Assembly: GCA_022763105.1 (NCBI GenBank)
Contig: JALEGK010000011.1
Span: 15,671 to 79,670 of the forward strand
DNA from: Rickettsiales bacterium
GTDB lineage: Bacteria > Pseudomonadota > Alphaproteobacteria > Rickettsiales > UBA3002
Length of the DNA stretch: 64,000 nt
Direction of reading: 5' to 3'
Positions 19,242 through 28,185 of the stretch are shown here, piece after piece (positions within the stretch are counted from its first letter, which is position 1; each line of letters opens with the position of its first letter). The notes under the pieces are model-generated. The model made no database searches. It had not been told where the DNA came from and worked only from the letters and a program-made list of their open reading frames with translations. The translations under genes and the position numbers were made by a program.

Positions 19242-20887
19242 GGGGCATGGTTATGCACGACTAACACGGCGTTGACAACCAGTAGATCGTATAAAAACAC
19301 GGTTATTTTTGGCCATCCTAAGGCTTTATTAATATTTTGATGCTAGGGTACGATGGGGAAATAAACACATCTTTACAGGGATTTATGGCCACCAACTGGG
19401 CAAAAGAACTAGAAGCATTGGGTATCACGCTGGGCCGAGTCGAGCGCGATCCTGCTAAACGTGCAAAAAGTTTGGCTGGAGAGTCAGTCAAATTACCTGC
19501 CACAGCGCAAGCATGGCTAAATGCCAGAACAACAGATGACACACTGATCGACCCCGCTATTGCTGGAAACGCCAAGATGAGAGCCTTGTTTGAGTTAACT
19601 CAGGCCGAGGCATCGCTCGGCAATATGGCAAACAGGCTTTATAATGGTGGCATAACACATGTGATTTCTGTCGATGAAACAGAATTTATCCTCGGCAGGC
19701 CTGATAGTACCAAGTTTGACGAAGGTGGCATATATTTGCAAAAAGAGAAGCTCTCTACCACAGAGCTCGCTTCTTTAAGCCAAGATGTTATTGTGCATGA
19801 GGCTGGACATGCGGTTAGCTATCTACTGGCCGAACCAGTGCAAGATGCGATTGATCGCCATTTGCCTGAAGCGATTAGCGCATTCAAAAAAGACATTAAA
19901 GCATTGCCACCTGAAACATGGCAAGCGCTTAAAAGCCATTCCAACCCAATGGTACAGACATGGGCTTCGACACAAGGCAAGCTTCATCAAGATTTGGTCA
20001 ACCGCCCGAGTGGTACGTTGCATTACCTTGAAATTGTTATGAACCCTGATGATTATAAGCTTGGCAATTATATGGTTGATCCATTTTCTTCTACGCTTAC
20101 TGCTATTGGGGCCATCAATTCTGATCCGGAATTAGCCAAACATTTCCCACAGCTGACCGGGGTCAGAGACAAACACCAAGCCATTTTCAGCACCATTCAA
20201 ACAGAAGGGTTTGCACTTAAAATGATTGGGGAGATTGCTCATCACCCCAAGCTGATGGAGGCTATGAAAAAAGATATTGAGCATATCAAGCGAAATGGTT
20301 ATGCAGCCAGCAATGATGGGTATTTGCGCGGGCATCCTGCCGGTGATTTTAATGCACATCATTATTTAACACGTGCTTTGGGCGGCGAGCATGACACCGA
20401 GCCACAAATGGCTACAGAAGCATTTGCCGAGCTCTTTGCAGATGTTGTAACCGGTACGCAAAACCCGCGCTTATCTGTTTACATGCCCAATATGACCAAA
20501 GAAGTGTCTGCTTTGGTTCATACGTTGAAAGATACCAGTTTAGGGGTCGCCAAAGACAGAAAGGCAGCCGTTACTGTTGATCAAGGTGGCGCAGAGCAGC
20601 CTTTGACTTGTGGGTTCGCTTTTTCGAAGCTGGATGATGCCATTAAAGACACAATGAAAACCGCCCGCGCTACTGGCGTGGCGTATGACCGAGATGCCGC
20701 TTTAACGTCTGGACTTAAAAAGATTCGCGAAGAGACCGGACAGTCTGAAGGCATGTCTGATGCTGATATGCTAGAGAAGATTAAAGCGGATGGGTGCAGC
20801 TTGCCCATGATGCTGAAGAATGCGAAGGTTAAAGACGATGCTCAACCGGCTAAAGACGGTCAGGGGCGATAGCGCAATCTAATAGGC
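19239..20887. other. 1649-bp insertion interrupting lepA; no transposase, integrase or reverse transcriptase
   Basis: Boundaries were inferred by matching LPAP (20888-20899) and [11 protein letters not shown] (from 19238 downward) to the conserved PxP-x6-PL(K/Q)AL spacing of intact LepA. The insertion contains one opposite-strand ORF. Confidence 0.7.
19385..20872 (+). CDS. HExxH zincin-like ORFan (putative metalloprotease) carried by the lepA insertion
   Basis: HEAGH at 19796-19810 and TEAFAELFAD at 20414-20443. The ORF is open from 19337; the ATG at 19385 is preferred. At least five in-frame AGA/AGG Arg codons. Confidence 0.65.
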   Translation: MATNWAKELEALGITLGRVERDPAKRAKSLAGESVKLPATAQAWLNARTTDDTLIDPAIAGNAKMRALFELTQAEASLGNMANRLYNGGITHVISVDETEFILGRPDSTKFDEGGIYLQKEKLSTTELASLSQDVIVHEAGHAVSYLLAEPVQDAIDRHLPEAISAFKKDIKALPPETWQALKSHSNPMVQTWASTQGKLHQDLVNRPSGTLHYLEIVMNPDDYKLGNYMVDPFSSTLTAIGAINSDPELAKHFPQLTGVRDKHQAIFSTIQTEGFALKMIGEIAHHPKLMEAMKKDIEHIKRNGYAASNDGYLRGHPAGDFNAHHYLTRALGGEHDTEPQMATEAFAELFADVVTGTQNPRLSVYMPNMTKEVSALVHTLKDTSLGVAKDRKAAVTVDQGGAEQPLTCGFAFSKLDDAIKDTMKTARATGVAYDRDAALTSGLKKIREETGQSEGMSDADMLEKIKADGCSLPMMLKNAKVKDDAQPAKDGQGR

Positions 20888-21451
20888 TGGCGCTGGAAGT
20901 CGGGTGACAATCGCTTCCAGTAAATCTTCAATACCTATTCCCGTTTTGGCCGAGACCATCGCAGCATCCGATGCATCGATGCCGATCACCTCTTCGATTT
21001 GTTCTTTCACACGGTCTGGCTCAGCCGCGGGCAGATCGATCTTGTTGAGCACGGGGATGATCTCTAGATCCTGATCGATGGCTTGGTAGACGTTTGCAAG
21101 CGTTTGCGCTTCTACGCCTTGCGCAGCGTCAACAACCAGCAGCGCACCTTCACACGCACTTAAACAACGTGACACTTCGTAGGCAAAGTCAACGTGACCC
21201 GGCGTGTCCATTAGATTGAGTATATAGGTTTCGCCATCTTTTGCTTTGTAAACCAAACGCACCGTTTGCGATTTAATGGTAATGCCGCGCTCGCGCTCAA
21301 GCTCCATATTATCGAGCATCTGCTCTTGCAAATCGCGCTCTTCCACAGCGCCACAATGCTGAATCAGTCGGTCAGCCAGCGTCGATTTGCCGTGATCAAT
21401 ATGGGCAATGATCGAAAAGTTGCGGATGTTTTGTGGTTTATCTTGAGCCAT
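20879..21451 (-). CDS. lepA: elongation factor 4 (LepA), N-terminal GTPase-domain piece; gene interrupted
   Basis: [15 protein letters not shown] (G1), DTPGHVDF (G3), LNKIDL (G4). Ends [10 protein letters not shown]-stop (TAG at 20879-20881). Confidence 0.92.
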   Translation of the reverse strand: MAQDKPQNIRNFSIIAHIDHGKSTLADRLIQHCGAVEERDLQEQMLDNMELERERGITIKSQTVRLVYKAKDGETYILNLMDTPGHVDFAYEVSRCLSACEGALLVVDAAQGVEAQTLANVYQAIDQDLEIIPVLNKIDLPAAEPDRVKEQIEEVIGIDASDAAMVSAKTGIGIEDLLEAIVTRLPAPAY

Positions 21452-21493
21452 GCGCGTTTATGTAGGGTATTTGCGCGTAAGTTGCGAGTGTTT

Positions 21494-22156
21494 TTATCGG
21501 TCCTTGGAGTGGCTTTGGTCATGAATGAGCTGCTCATACATATCTTGAGCCAACACGGCTGAGGGAATCGCGCCGCAAATCATAGTCAGATTCGCCACCA
21601 CGGCTTCTGAGAATTTGGTGTTTGCCCCAATTTTCACTTCGTTAAAGGCGTATTTATCAAGCGCCTTTTCAGCGTCGCCAATGAAGTTATTGATGGCCTT
21701 GTTGTTGCCCTTGCCTTTGCGCATGAAGGTATTGGCTAGCTCCCACGCGGTTTGTGATCCGGCAACGCCTGCCAGCCAGCCGGTAGCCACGCGGCGCGTG
21801 TCTTGGCCCACACTGTAATCTTTATCGGAACCTTCACGATCTCTTCGTCTGCGCGCTTGGCCTACCGCTGTGGTGACGGTGGTGGTGAAGCCAGCGGCAT
21901 ACATGACCGCGTTATTGACGATCATGCGCGAATATTCATGGGTATATTCCGGCGAGAAATCGGGGCGGTATTTCTGCACAATCTTCTCTACTGCCTGTGC
22001 TGCATGGTCCAGCTTGGTAGGCGCCACGCTACGCCCCACCCATACCGCGCCAATGGCAGCGGCGATGCCCACAATCTGGCTTTGGACAAACTCCATCGCC
22101 CGCGCGCTATGCACGTTGCTTTTGCTTACTTCCTGCGATGTGCCTTTATCGCTCAA
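21494..22156 (-). CDS. hypothetical membrane protein (ORFan)
   Basis: 220 aa with hydrophobic segments (IVGIAAAIGAVWV, AVMYAAGFTTTV, LTMICGAIPSAVL). TTG start at 22156 after GAAAGG. Stop lies 42 nt upstream of the lepA start. Confidence 0.5.
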   Translation of the reverse strand: MSDKGTSQEVSKSNVHSARAMEFVQSQIVGIAAAIGAVWVGRSVAPTKLDHAAQAVEKIVQKYRPDFSPEYTHEYSRMIVNNAVMYAAGFTTTVTTAVGQARRRRDREGSDKDYSVGQDTRRVATGWLAGVAGSQTAWELANTFMRKGKGNNKAINNFIGDAEKALDKYAFNEVKIGANTKFSEAVVANLTMICGAIPSAVLAQDMYEQLIHDQSHSKDR

Positions 22157-22351
22157 AATGCGCCTTTCGATTACAGTTTCTCACCCTTTCATTATAGCAG
22201 CGCCATTTGGTGCCAACATGACATTTAGATGAAGAAAACCCCTTATTTTATATGCGTTTTTTTGCTTATCCCGCAGATTATCCACACGCCTAATCACGCT
22301 TTTTTTGTTGTCCGATAGTGCTATAGTGAAGGTAGCGATGAGGGAGCGGGG

Positions 22352-23194
22352 ATGCAGACACTCTTCGACACACAAGATGACGACGAATCAGACCGGAGTG
22401 AGGCTTATATTGAGCCGCGCCAATACCGCACCATCTGGGTGTCGGACATCCATTTAGGCACCAAAGATTGCAAAGCCGAATACCTACTCGATTTTCTGAA
22501 ATTCAACGAATCGCAAACGCTCTATCTGGTGGGCGATATCATTGATGGCTGGCGGCTCAAGCGCGGCTGGCACTGGCCGCAAGCCCATAGCACAGTGATT
22601 CAGAAAGTGCTGCGTAAATCACGTAAAGGCACGCATGTTGTCTTTGTGCCTGGCAATCACGATGAATTTTTGCGTGATTATTGCGGGCTGGATTTTGGTG
22701 GCATTTCGATGGAGCGCGAGATGATCCACACCACCGCCGATGGCCGCCGCCTGCTGATTGTGCATGGCGATGAGTTTGATGGCATCATGAAATATGCGAA
22801 ATGGCTCGCCTTCGTCGGCGATTATGCCTATGTCTTCGCGCTTCGGCTGAACCGCTATTACAATTTTGTCCGTCAGAAATTAGGCTACCCTTATTGGTCG
22901 CTATCTGCGCATCTCAAACATAAAGTAAAGCAGGCCGTGCAGGTGATTAGCGACTATGAAATGTATCTGGCAGATGCCGCCCGTTCTAAGGGTTTGGACG
23001 GCGTTGTCTGTGGACATATCCACCATGCCGAGATACGAGATATTGACGGCATCACCTATTATAACGATGGTGACTGGGTGGAAAGCTGCACCGCTTTGGT
23101 GGAGCATTTTGACGGGTCGATGGAAATCATCCACTGGACCGAGGAAATGAACAAAAGAGGACAGGATGACAGTCAGCTCCAACTCGATGTCTGA
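22352..23194 (+). CDS. LpxH-like calcineurin-type metallophosphoesterase (UDP-2,3-diacylglucosamine diphosphatase family)
   Basis: VSDIHLG, LVGDIIDGW, VPGNHDE, HGDEFD and GHIHH motifs. Confidence 0.85.
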   Translation: MQTLFDTQDDDESDRSEAYIEPRQYRTIWVSDIHLGTKDCKAEYLLDFLKFNESQTLYLVGDIIDGWRLKRGWHWPQAHSTVIQKVLRKSRKGTHVVFVPGNHDEFLRDYCGLDFGGISMEREMIHTTADGRRLLIVHGDEFDGIMKYAKWLAFVGDYAYVFALRLNRYYNFVRQKLGYPYWSLSAHLKHKVKQAVQVISDYEMYLADAARSKGLDGVVCGHIHHAEIRDIDGITYYNDGDWVESCTALVEHFDGSMEIIHWTEEMNKRGQDDSQLQLDV

Positions 23195-24206
23195 TTCAGG
23201 GCCCAAGCATATTGCGCTGGTGACCGATGCATGGTTGCCGCAAGTCAATGGCGTGGTGCGCACATTGCAAACGGTGGTGCGCCAACTAGAGAGCTTTGGG
23301 CATACCGTCACCATCTATTCGCCGGATATGTACAAATCGATTGCCTGCCCGACTTATCCAGAGATTCGACTGGCTTATGGCGGCATATTTAAGTTAGGCG
23401 AACAGCTAGAAGCGTTAGAGCCTGATATTATTCATATCGCCACAGAAGGCCCGCTGGGCTTTGCCGCACGCGCCTTGTGTACCCATAAGGGTTGGCGCTT
23501 CACCACCTCGTTTCACACCAAATTTCCGGAATATGTCTCCGCACGTTTCAAGATTCCTAAAAGTTGGTGCTACAAATATCTTAAATGGTTTCATAACCAT
23601 GCACACAAAATGATGGTCGCCACCCCTACCCTGCACGCCGAACTGGAAGGGCGCGGCTTTACCCGCTGTACGCCGTGGAGTCGTGGGGTCGATACGACGC
23701 TATTTCACCCAGAGCAACGCATTGAGCTCGATTTACCACGACCGCTATATTTGTATGTTGGCCGCGTGGCAGTCGAGAAGAACTTAGAAGAGTTCTTAGA
23801 GCTAGAGCTTGAAGGCACCAAAGTGGTAGTAGGCGATGGCCCGCAGCGCGAGGAACTGGAAGAAGAATATGAGGATGTCGTGTTCTTGGGCCAAAAGCAC
23901 GGCCATCATTTAGCGGAAATCTATGCATCAGCGGATTGTTTCGTCTTCCCCAGCCTAACCGATACGTTTGGCTTGGTGATGTTAGAAGCTCTTGCTTGCG
24001 GTACACCAGTGGCCGCCTATCCGGTGACTGGCCCGATTGATGTGATTAAAAACCCGGCCGTTGGTTGCCTGCATGATGATTTGGAAACCGCGATTGAGAC
24101 CGCGCTGACATTAGACCGCAATGCGTGCGTCGCCTATGCGCAGAACTACTCGTGGGAAGCCTGTGCGCGCATGCTAGAAGAAGCGTTTGTGCTCACCCAT
24201 AAGTAA
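23166..24206 (+). CDS. glycosyltransferase family 4 (GT-B, group 1)
   Basis: N-terminal ALVTDAWLPQVNGV and C-terminal FPSLTDTFGLVMLEALACGTPV (E-x7-E). SD AGAGGA precedes the ATG at 23166. Overlaps the upstream gene by 29 nt. Confidence 0.85.
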   Translation: MTVSSNSMSDSGPKHIALVTDAWLPQVNGVVRTLQTVVRQLESFGHTVTIYSPDMYKSIACPTYPEIRLAYGGIFKLGEQLEALEPDIIHIATEGPLGFAARALCTHKGWRFTTSFHTKFPEYVSARFKIPKSWCYKYLKWFHNHAHKMMVATPTLHAELEGRGFTRCTPWSRGVDTTLFHPEQRIELDLPRPLYLYVGRVAVEKNLEEFLELELEGTKVVVGDGPQREELEEEYEDVVFLGQKHGHHLAEIYASADCFVFPSLTDTFGLVMLEALACGTPVAAYPVTGPIDVIKNPAVGCLHDDLETAIETALTLDRNACVAYAQNYSWEACARMLEEAFVLTHK

Positions 24207-24259
24207 GTCGGATTACGTAAATCAGATTCGGTATTTCTTAGAATTTTGAGAGACAGAGA

Positions 24260-24301
24260 CTGACCGATGGCAAAATCCCATCTTTTTTTACCATCGGTCA
24301 G
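24260..24301 (+). terminator. hairpin/terminator between convergent genes
   Basis: An 11-bp stem CTGACCGATGG/CCATCGGTCAG encloses a smaller GATGG..CCATC hairpin followed by T7 (24283-24289). Confidence 0.45.
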
Positions 24302-24346
24302 ACGCAGATCAGGCGAGGTGGCACCCCTCAAGCCCGAATTTGGCGT

Positions 24347-24508
24347 CTAATAGAACCCAGGCGATATCAGCGACTTGATGTTACTCACCTTCGCTACTTG
24401 GCCATTGCCGTAAAAGCTCGTCCAATCGGTCGTAGGCTTTTGCGTATTAGCGGTAGCACATGCGGAGAGTAGCAACCCGGTCACGATCACTGTAGTTAGT
24501 CGTCTCAT
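24347..24508 (-). CDS. small lipoprotein (53 aa), absent from the ORF track
   Basis: Strong SD GGGGGGAAAAG then the ATG at 24508. Translation is MRRLTTVIVTGLLLSACATANTQK..., with lipobox LLSAC. TAG at 24347-24349. Confidence 0.55.
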   Translation of the reverse strand: MRRLTTVIVTGLLLSACATANTQKPTTDWTSFYGNGQVAKVSNIKSLISPGFY

Positions 24509-24658
24509 CTTTTCCCCCCAACTGTAGGATGATTCCTACTGTTGTGCTGAAGGTATATGACGCGGTGCAGCATGAGTAGTGCTGAAACGGAAAAGCGGTT
24601 ATGCGTCTAGCGCATAGCAATGTGAATAACTTAAATAATTTATTGAAATATATGTGAT

Positions 24659-25099
24659 TTAGCCGATTCCGCGGCCACCGCCGGACTTGCCACCTACCCC
24701 GCTTGGAGCGGCTTCGCCGAACTCACCAGAATAGGAAATAATGGCACCAGAATCATCAACACCTGAATAATTGGCATAGGATGTACTGCCCTGCATTTCG
24801 CTCATCATCGCCATCAACTCTTCAATGCCTTCCACATGGCTGAACGGGTCGGTATTACCCATATTGAATGCCTCAAACAGCATATTCGCGAGCGGGCTTG
24901 GATTACCTTGCGGAAAGAGCTTCGCAGCGGTCAATACCTTGGTTGGATCGGGGAAAACCGAGATCATCATCGCCTGTAAATCACCGAATGATTTAAAGTC
25001 CAGCTCAGGCGCCCAACCAAACACACGCTGCCCAGAGCTACCAGAACCACCGTTCTGATTGGCCTGCAACATGGCTAAGGTATTGATTAAACTACCCAT
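24659..25099 (-). CDS. hypothetical Gly-rich protein (ORFan)
   Basis: 146 aa with a strong SD (AGGAGAG). Gly/Ser-rich N-terminal tract and C-terminal GVGGKSGGGRGIG. No TM or signal peptide. Confidence 0.5.
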   Translation of the reverse strand: MGSLINTLAMLQANQNGGSGSSGQRVFGWAPELDFKSFGDLQAMMISVFPDPTKVLTAAKLFPQGNPSPLANMLFEAFNMGNTDPFSHVEGIEELMAMMSEMQGSTSYANYSGVDDSGAIISYSGEFGEAAPSGVGGKSGGGRGIG

Positions 25100-25222
25100 T
25101 TGATATATCTCTCCTGTTCATTAGATAGGTACTACTCTATCCTACATGAGAATTATGACAGAATGATGACAATAAAAGGTTAAAATCGCAGTTTTTTAGA
25201 TAAAACAGCTAGATAGCGACAT

Positions 25223-25627
25223 CTAATTGATACGCTGATGCGGGCTATCGAGCGAAAATGGCGGGATTTCGACCTCAAATGACAGGCCATTATCGCAGAC
25301 CATCTCATATTCGCCGCGCATAATGCCTGATGGGGTATGCAGGGCCGTGCCACTGGTATAGCGGAATGCCTCACCGGGCTTGAGTACCGGCTGCTCGCCG
25401 ATCACCCCTTCGCCTCGCACTTCCTGCATCTGGCCTAGCGCATCGGTAATTTGCCAATGGCGATTGATCAACTGCACTTTATCGTCGCGCAGATTCTCGA
25501 CCTGAACCGTGTAAGCCCAGACATATAAATGATCTTCTGGCTCTGACTGGTCGTTCAGATAGGTCGGCACAACCGATACGCGGATGCTATCGGTGGTTTG
25601 GCTGAATACGGTTTCATTCTCTTCCAT
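25223..25627 (-). CDS. apaG: ApaG (DUF525) protein
   Basis: 134 aa: YVWAYTVQVENL...VQLINRHWQITDALGQMQEVRGEGVIGEQPVLKPGEAFRYTSG. Confidence 0.9.
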   Translation of the reverse strand: MEENETVFSQTTDSIRVSVVPTYLNDQSEPEDHLYVWAYTVQVENLRDDKVQLINRHWQITDALGQMQEVRGEGVIGEQPVLKPGEAFRYTSGTALHTPSGIMRGEYEMVCDNGLSFEVEIPPFSLDSPHQRIN

Positions 25628-25677
25628 ACCGGCTATATGGTAGGGTGAGTGCGCAATGTCAAGAGCAGGCTATGCGA

Positions 25678-27126
25678 TTAGTCGCGCCAGAAACTTGGGG
25701 TGAAGAGCACCAGCACGGTGAATAATTCGACACGTCCCATAATCATAGCGAAGGCGAGCATCCATTTTGGTCCATCAGGTAGCGTGCTGTAATTGCCAGC
25801 GGGGCCGATAATATCGCCCAAGCCGGGGCCAACATTGGCCAGCGCCTGCGCGGATGCACTCATGGCGGTTAAGAAATCCAGCCCATAAAAGGACAGCGCC
25901 ACCGCAAGGAAGGTAAAGCACAGTGCGAAACAGATAATAAAGCTCATCACCGAGTTAGAGATTTGGTCCGTGATCGGCTTGCCATGATAGCGCGGAATGA
26001 ACACACCATGTGGATGAATCAGCTGATGCACCTGCGCTTTAGCCGTTTCGAATAAGACCTGAATACGGAAGATCTTGATACCGCCGGAAGTAGAGCCGGT
26101 ACAGCCCCCCACCACAATAAGCATAAAGAAAATGCAGGTAGCGAAGGTGCCCCAATTACCATAATCGACCGAGCTATAGCCTGTGGTGGTGACGACCGCG
26201 ACGACATTAAACATTGCCATGCGCAGCGCATCGATAAAGCCCGTTGATTTCTCAATGATCAGCCAACCCGCCAGCACAAGCGTCGCCAGCCCAACGATAA
26301 TGAAGAAGCCTTTTACTTGCGCATTTTGCAAAAGCGCTGAGGCTTTACCCTTCATCATCTGATAATACAGAATAATCGGCAATGCGCCGGAGATCATGAA
26401 GATAATGGCAATCCACTCAATGGCCGGGTTTCTGAAATGACCAATCGATGCATCATGTGTGGAGAAGCCACCCGTCGCAATGGTGGTGAGCGCATGGTTG
26501 ATAGCGTCAAAGCCGCTCATACCGGCAAGCCAATAGCAAAAGGCGCAGATCAGCATGAGGGAGATGAACACACCAGAGATCACTGCGGCGATTTGCGGTG
26601 CGCGTGGCAGCACTTTGTCCATCGTTTCTGATGATTCGGTGCGGAAGAGCTGCATACCACCGATTCGCAACATGGGGAGTAACGCCATTGCCAAGACCAC
26701 AATCCCGATACCGCCCATCGCATTGAGCAGTGAGCGCCAAAGCAGCAAGCCTGGCGGCATGCGGTCTAGCCCGACCAGCACCGTTGCGCCGGTTGCGGTA
26801 ATGCCTGAAGTTGATTCGAAATAGGCATCGGCGAGTGAAAGGTCGAGCTCGCTTAAATACAGTGGCAGCGATGCGAAGATCGACATGATCACATAGGTGA
26901 AGGTGGTAAAGATAAAGGCCTGACGAATCGTCATGGTGCTGCGATAGCCACGATTGGTCAGAAACAAGATGCCGCCAACAAAGCCCGTGATGAAAGAGGA
27001 CATGCCAAAGACTTTCCAATCTTCATTCAGCAAGGCCAAATCGAGCATCAACGGGATGAGCATGATCAGGGATAAAAGCCCGAGCAAGATACCGTTGACC
27101 AATAATATCGGACGCATTTCAAACAT
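25678..27126 (-). CDS. trkH: TrkH-family potassium uptake protein
   Basis: Polytopic, with repeated selectivity-filter-like segments (TATGATV, ATGGFST, TTTGYSS, GCTGSTSGGIK). Start trimmed to MFEMRPILLVNG. Confidence 0.9.
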   Translation of the reverse strand: MFEMRPILLVNGILLGLLSLIMLIPLMLDLALLNEDWKVFGMSSFITGFVGGILFLTNRGYRSTMTIRQAFIFTTFTYVIMSIFASLPLYLSELDLSLADAYFESTSGITATGATVLVGLDRMPPGLLLWRSLLNAMGGIGIVVLAMALLPMLRIGGMQLFRTESSETMDKVLPRAPQIAAVISGVFISLMLICAFCYWLAGMSGFDAINHALTTIATGGFSTHDASIGHFRNPAIEWIAIIFMISGALPIILYYQMMKGKASALLQNAQVKGFFIIVGLATLVLAGWLIIEKSTGFIDALRMAMFNVVAVVTTTGYSSVDYGNWGTFATCIFFMLIVVGGCTGSTSGGIKIFRIQVLFETAKAQVHQLIHPHGVFIPRYHGKPITDQISNSVMSFIICFALCFTFLAVALSFYGLDFLTAMSASAQALANVGPGLGDIIGPAGNYSTLPDGPKWMLAFAMIMGRVELFTVLVLFTPSFWRD

Positions 27127-27198
27127 AGTGCGAGCATAGCGAAGGGTTGGTGCACTCACCAGCAAAAAGCAGGATTCGCATGGGTTTAGGAGACAGAG

Positions 27199-28185
27199 TT
27201 AATCCCGATGGCGCGCATAAGGCACAAAGGCATCGACCTTTTCTGTGCCCAGCGTGGTATCGACCAGATAAAGCGGGCGACGTTTGGTCTCGCGGTAGAT
27301 GCGGCCAATATATTCGCCGATCACGCCTAGGCTAACCAGCTGTATGCCGCCCATAAAGAGCACCGCCACCATGAGGGATGCATAGCCGGGAACATCCGCA
27401 CCGTACAGCATGGTGCGACCGATCAGGTAAATGGCATAGCCGAAGGAGACGCTCGCGATGATCGCGCCCATATAGGTCCAGATTTGCAGTGGCACGGTTG
27501 AGAAAGAGAACACACCATCGAGTGCCAACTTCCAGAGCTTCACGAAGTTGAACTTGCTCTCGCCTGCGGCACGGTCTGGCCGATCATAATAGACATGGGT
27601 GGTTGGGTAGCCGACCCAAGACAAAATTCCCTTCATAAAGCGGGTACGTTCGGGCATGCGTTTAATCGCCTCGACAACTTCGCGATCCATCAATCTGAAA
27701 TCGCCAGTATTTTTGGGAATCGCCACATGGGATAGCCGGCGAATGATGCGGTAAAACATAAGTGCCGATTGGCGCTTGAACCAACCATCGCCGCGGCGGA
27801 AGCGTCGGGTCGCCAGCACCACCTTGTAGCCCTCGCGCCATTTCTCGACCATTTGCGCGATCAGCTCTGGCGGGTCTTGCAAATCCGCATCCATCGGAAT
27901 CACGGCATCGCCTTGCGCGTGGAATAGCCCTGCGGTGAGTGCGATCTCTTTACCGAAATTACGGGACAGGCGCACCAGCTTGATGCGATCATCGGCATCG
28001 AAGCATTCGGCAATCGCGTCAGCGGTGCTGTCGCGGCTACCATCATCGACGCAAATCAACTCCCAATCTTGGGTAATCTTATCAAGCGCTGGCTTCAGCG
28101 TCTCCATGAGCTGGGGGATGCCCTCTGCCTCATTATACATCGGCACGATAATCGAGAGCATGGGGGTTAAGCGTTTACTACTCAT
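27199..28185 (-). CDS. GT2 polyprenyl-phosphate glycosyltransferase (GtrB/ArnC/DPM1-like)
   Basis: SIIVPMYNE, VDDGSRD and MDADLQDPPE motifs, plus two C-terminal TM segments. ATGA-type overlap with the upstream ubiH-like gene. Confidence 0.85.
   Translation of the reverse strand: MSSKRLTPMLSIIVPMYNEAEGIPQLMETLKPALDKITQDWELICVDDGSRDSTADAIAECFDADDRIKLVRLSRNFGKEIALTAGLFHAQGDAVIPMDADLQDPPELIAQMVEKWREGYKVVLATRRFRRGDGWFKRQSALMFYRIIRRLSHVAIPKNTGDFRLMDREVVEAIKRMPERTRFMKGILSWVGYPTTHVYYDRPDRAAGESKFNFVKLWKLALDGVFSFSTVPLQIWTYMGAIIASVSFGYAIYLIGRTMLYGADVPGYASLMVAVLFMGGIQLVSLGVIGEYIGRIYRETKRRPLYLVDTTLGTEKVDAFVPYARHRD

Noticed and set aside
19272-19295. TTGACA ... TATAAA as a sigma70 promoter for the inserted plus-strand ORF
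   Set aside because: The spacer is only 12 nt (19278-19289), too short for a canonical -35/-10 pair.
19239-20887. The lepA interruption as an intein, a group I/II intron or an IS element
   Set aside because: The insert is not in frame (a stop after two codons; 1649 bp). The only ORF is on the opposite strand and has no reverse transcriptase, homing-endonuclease or transposase motifs. I could not find terminal inverted repeats or a target-site duplication at the inferred junctions.
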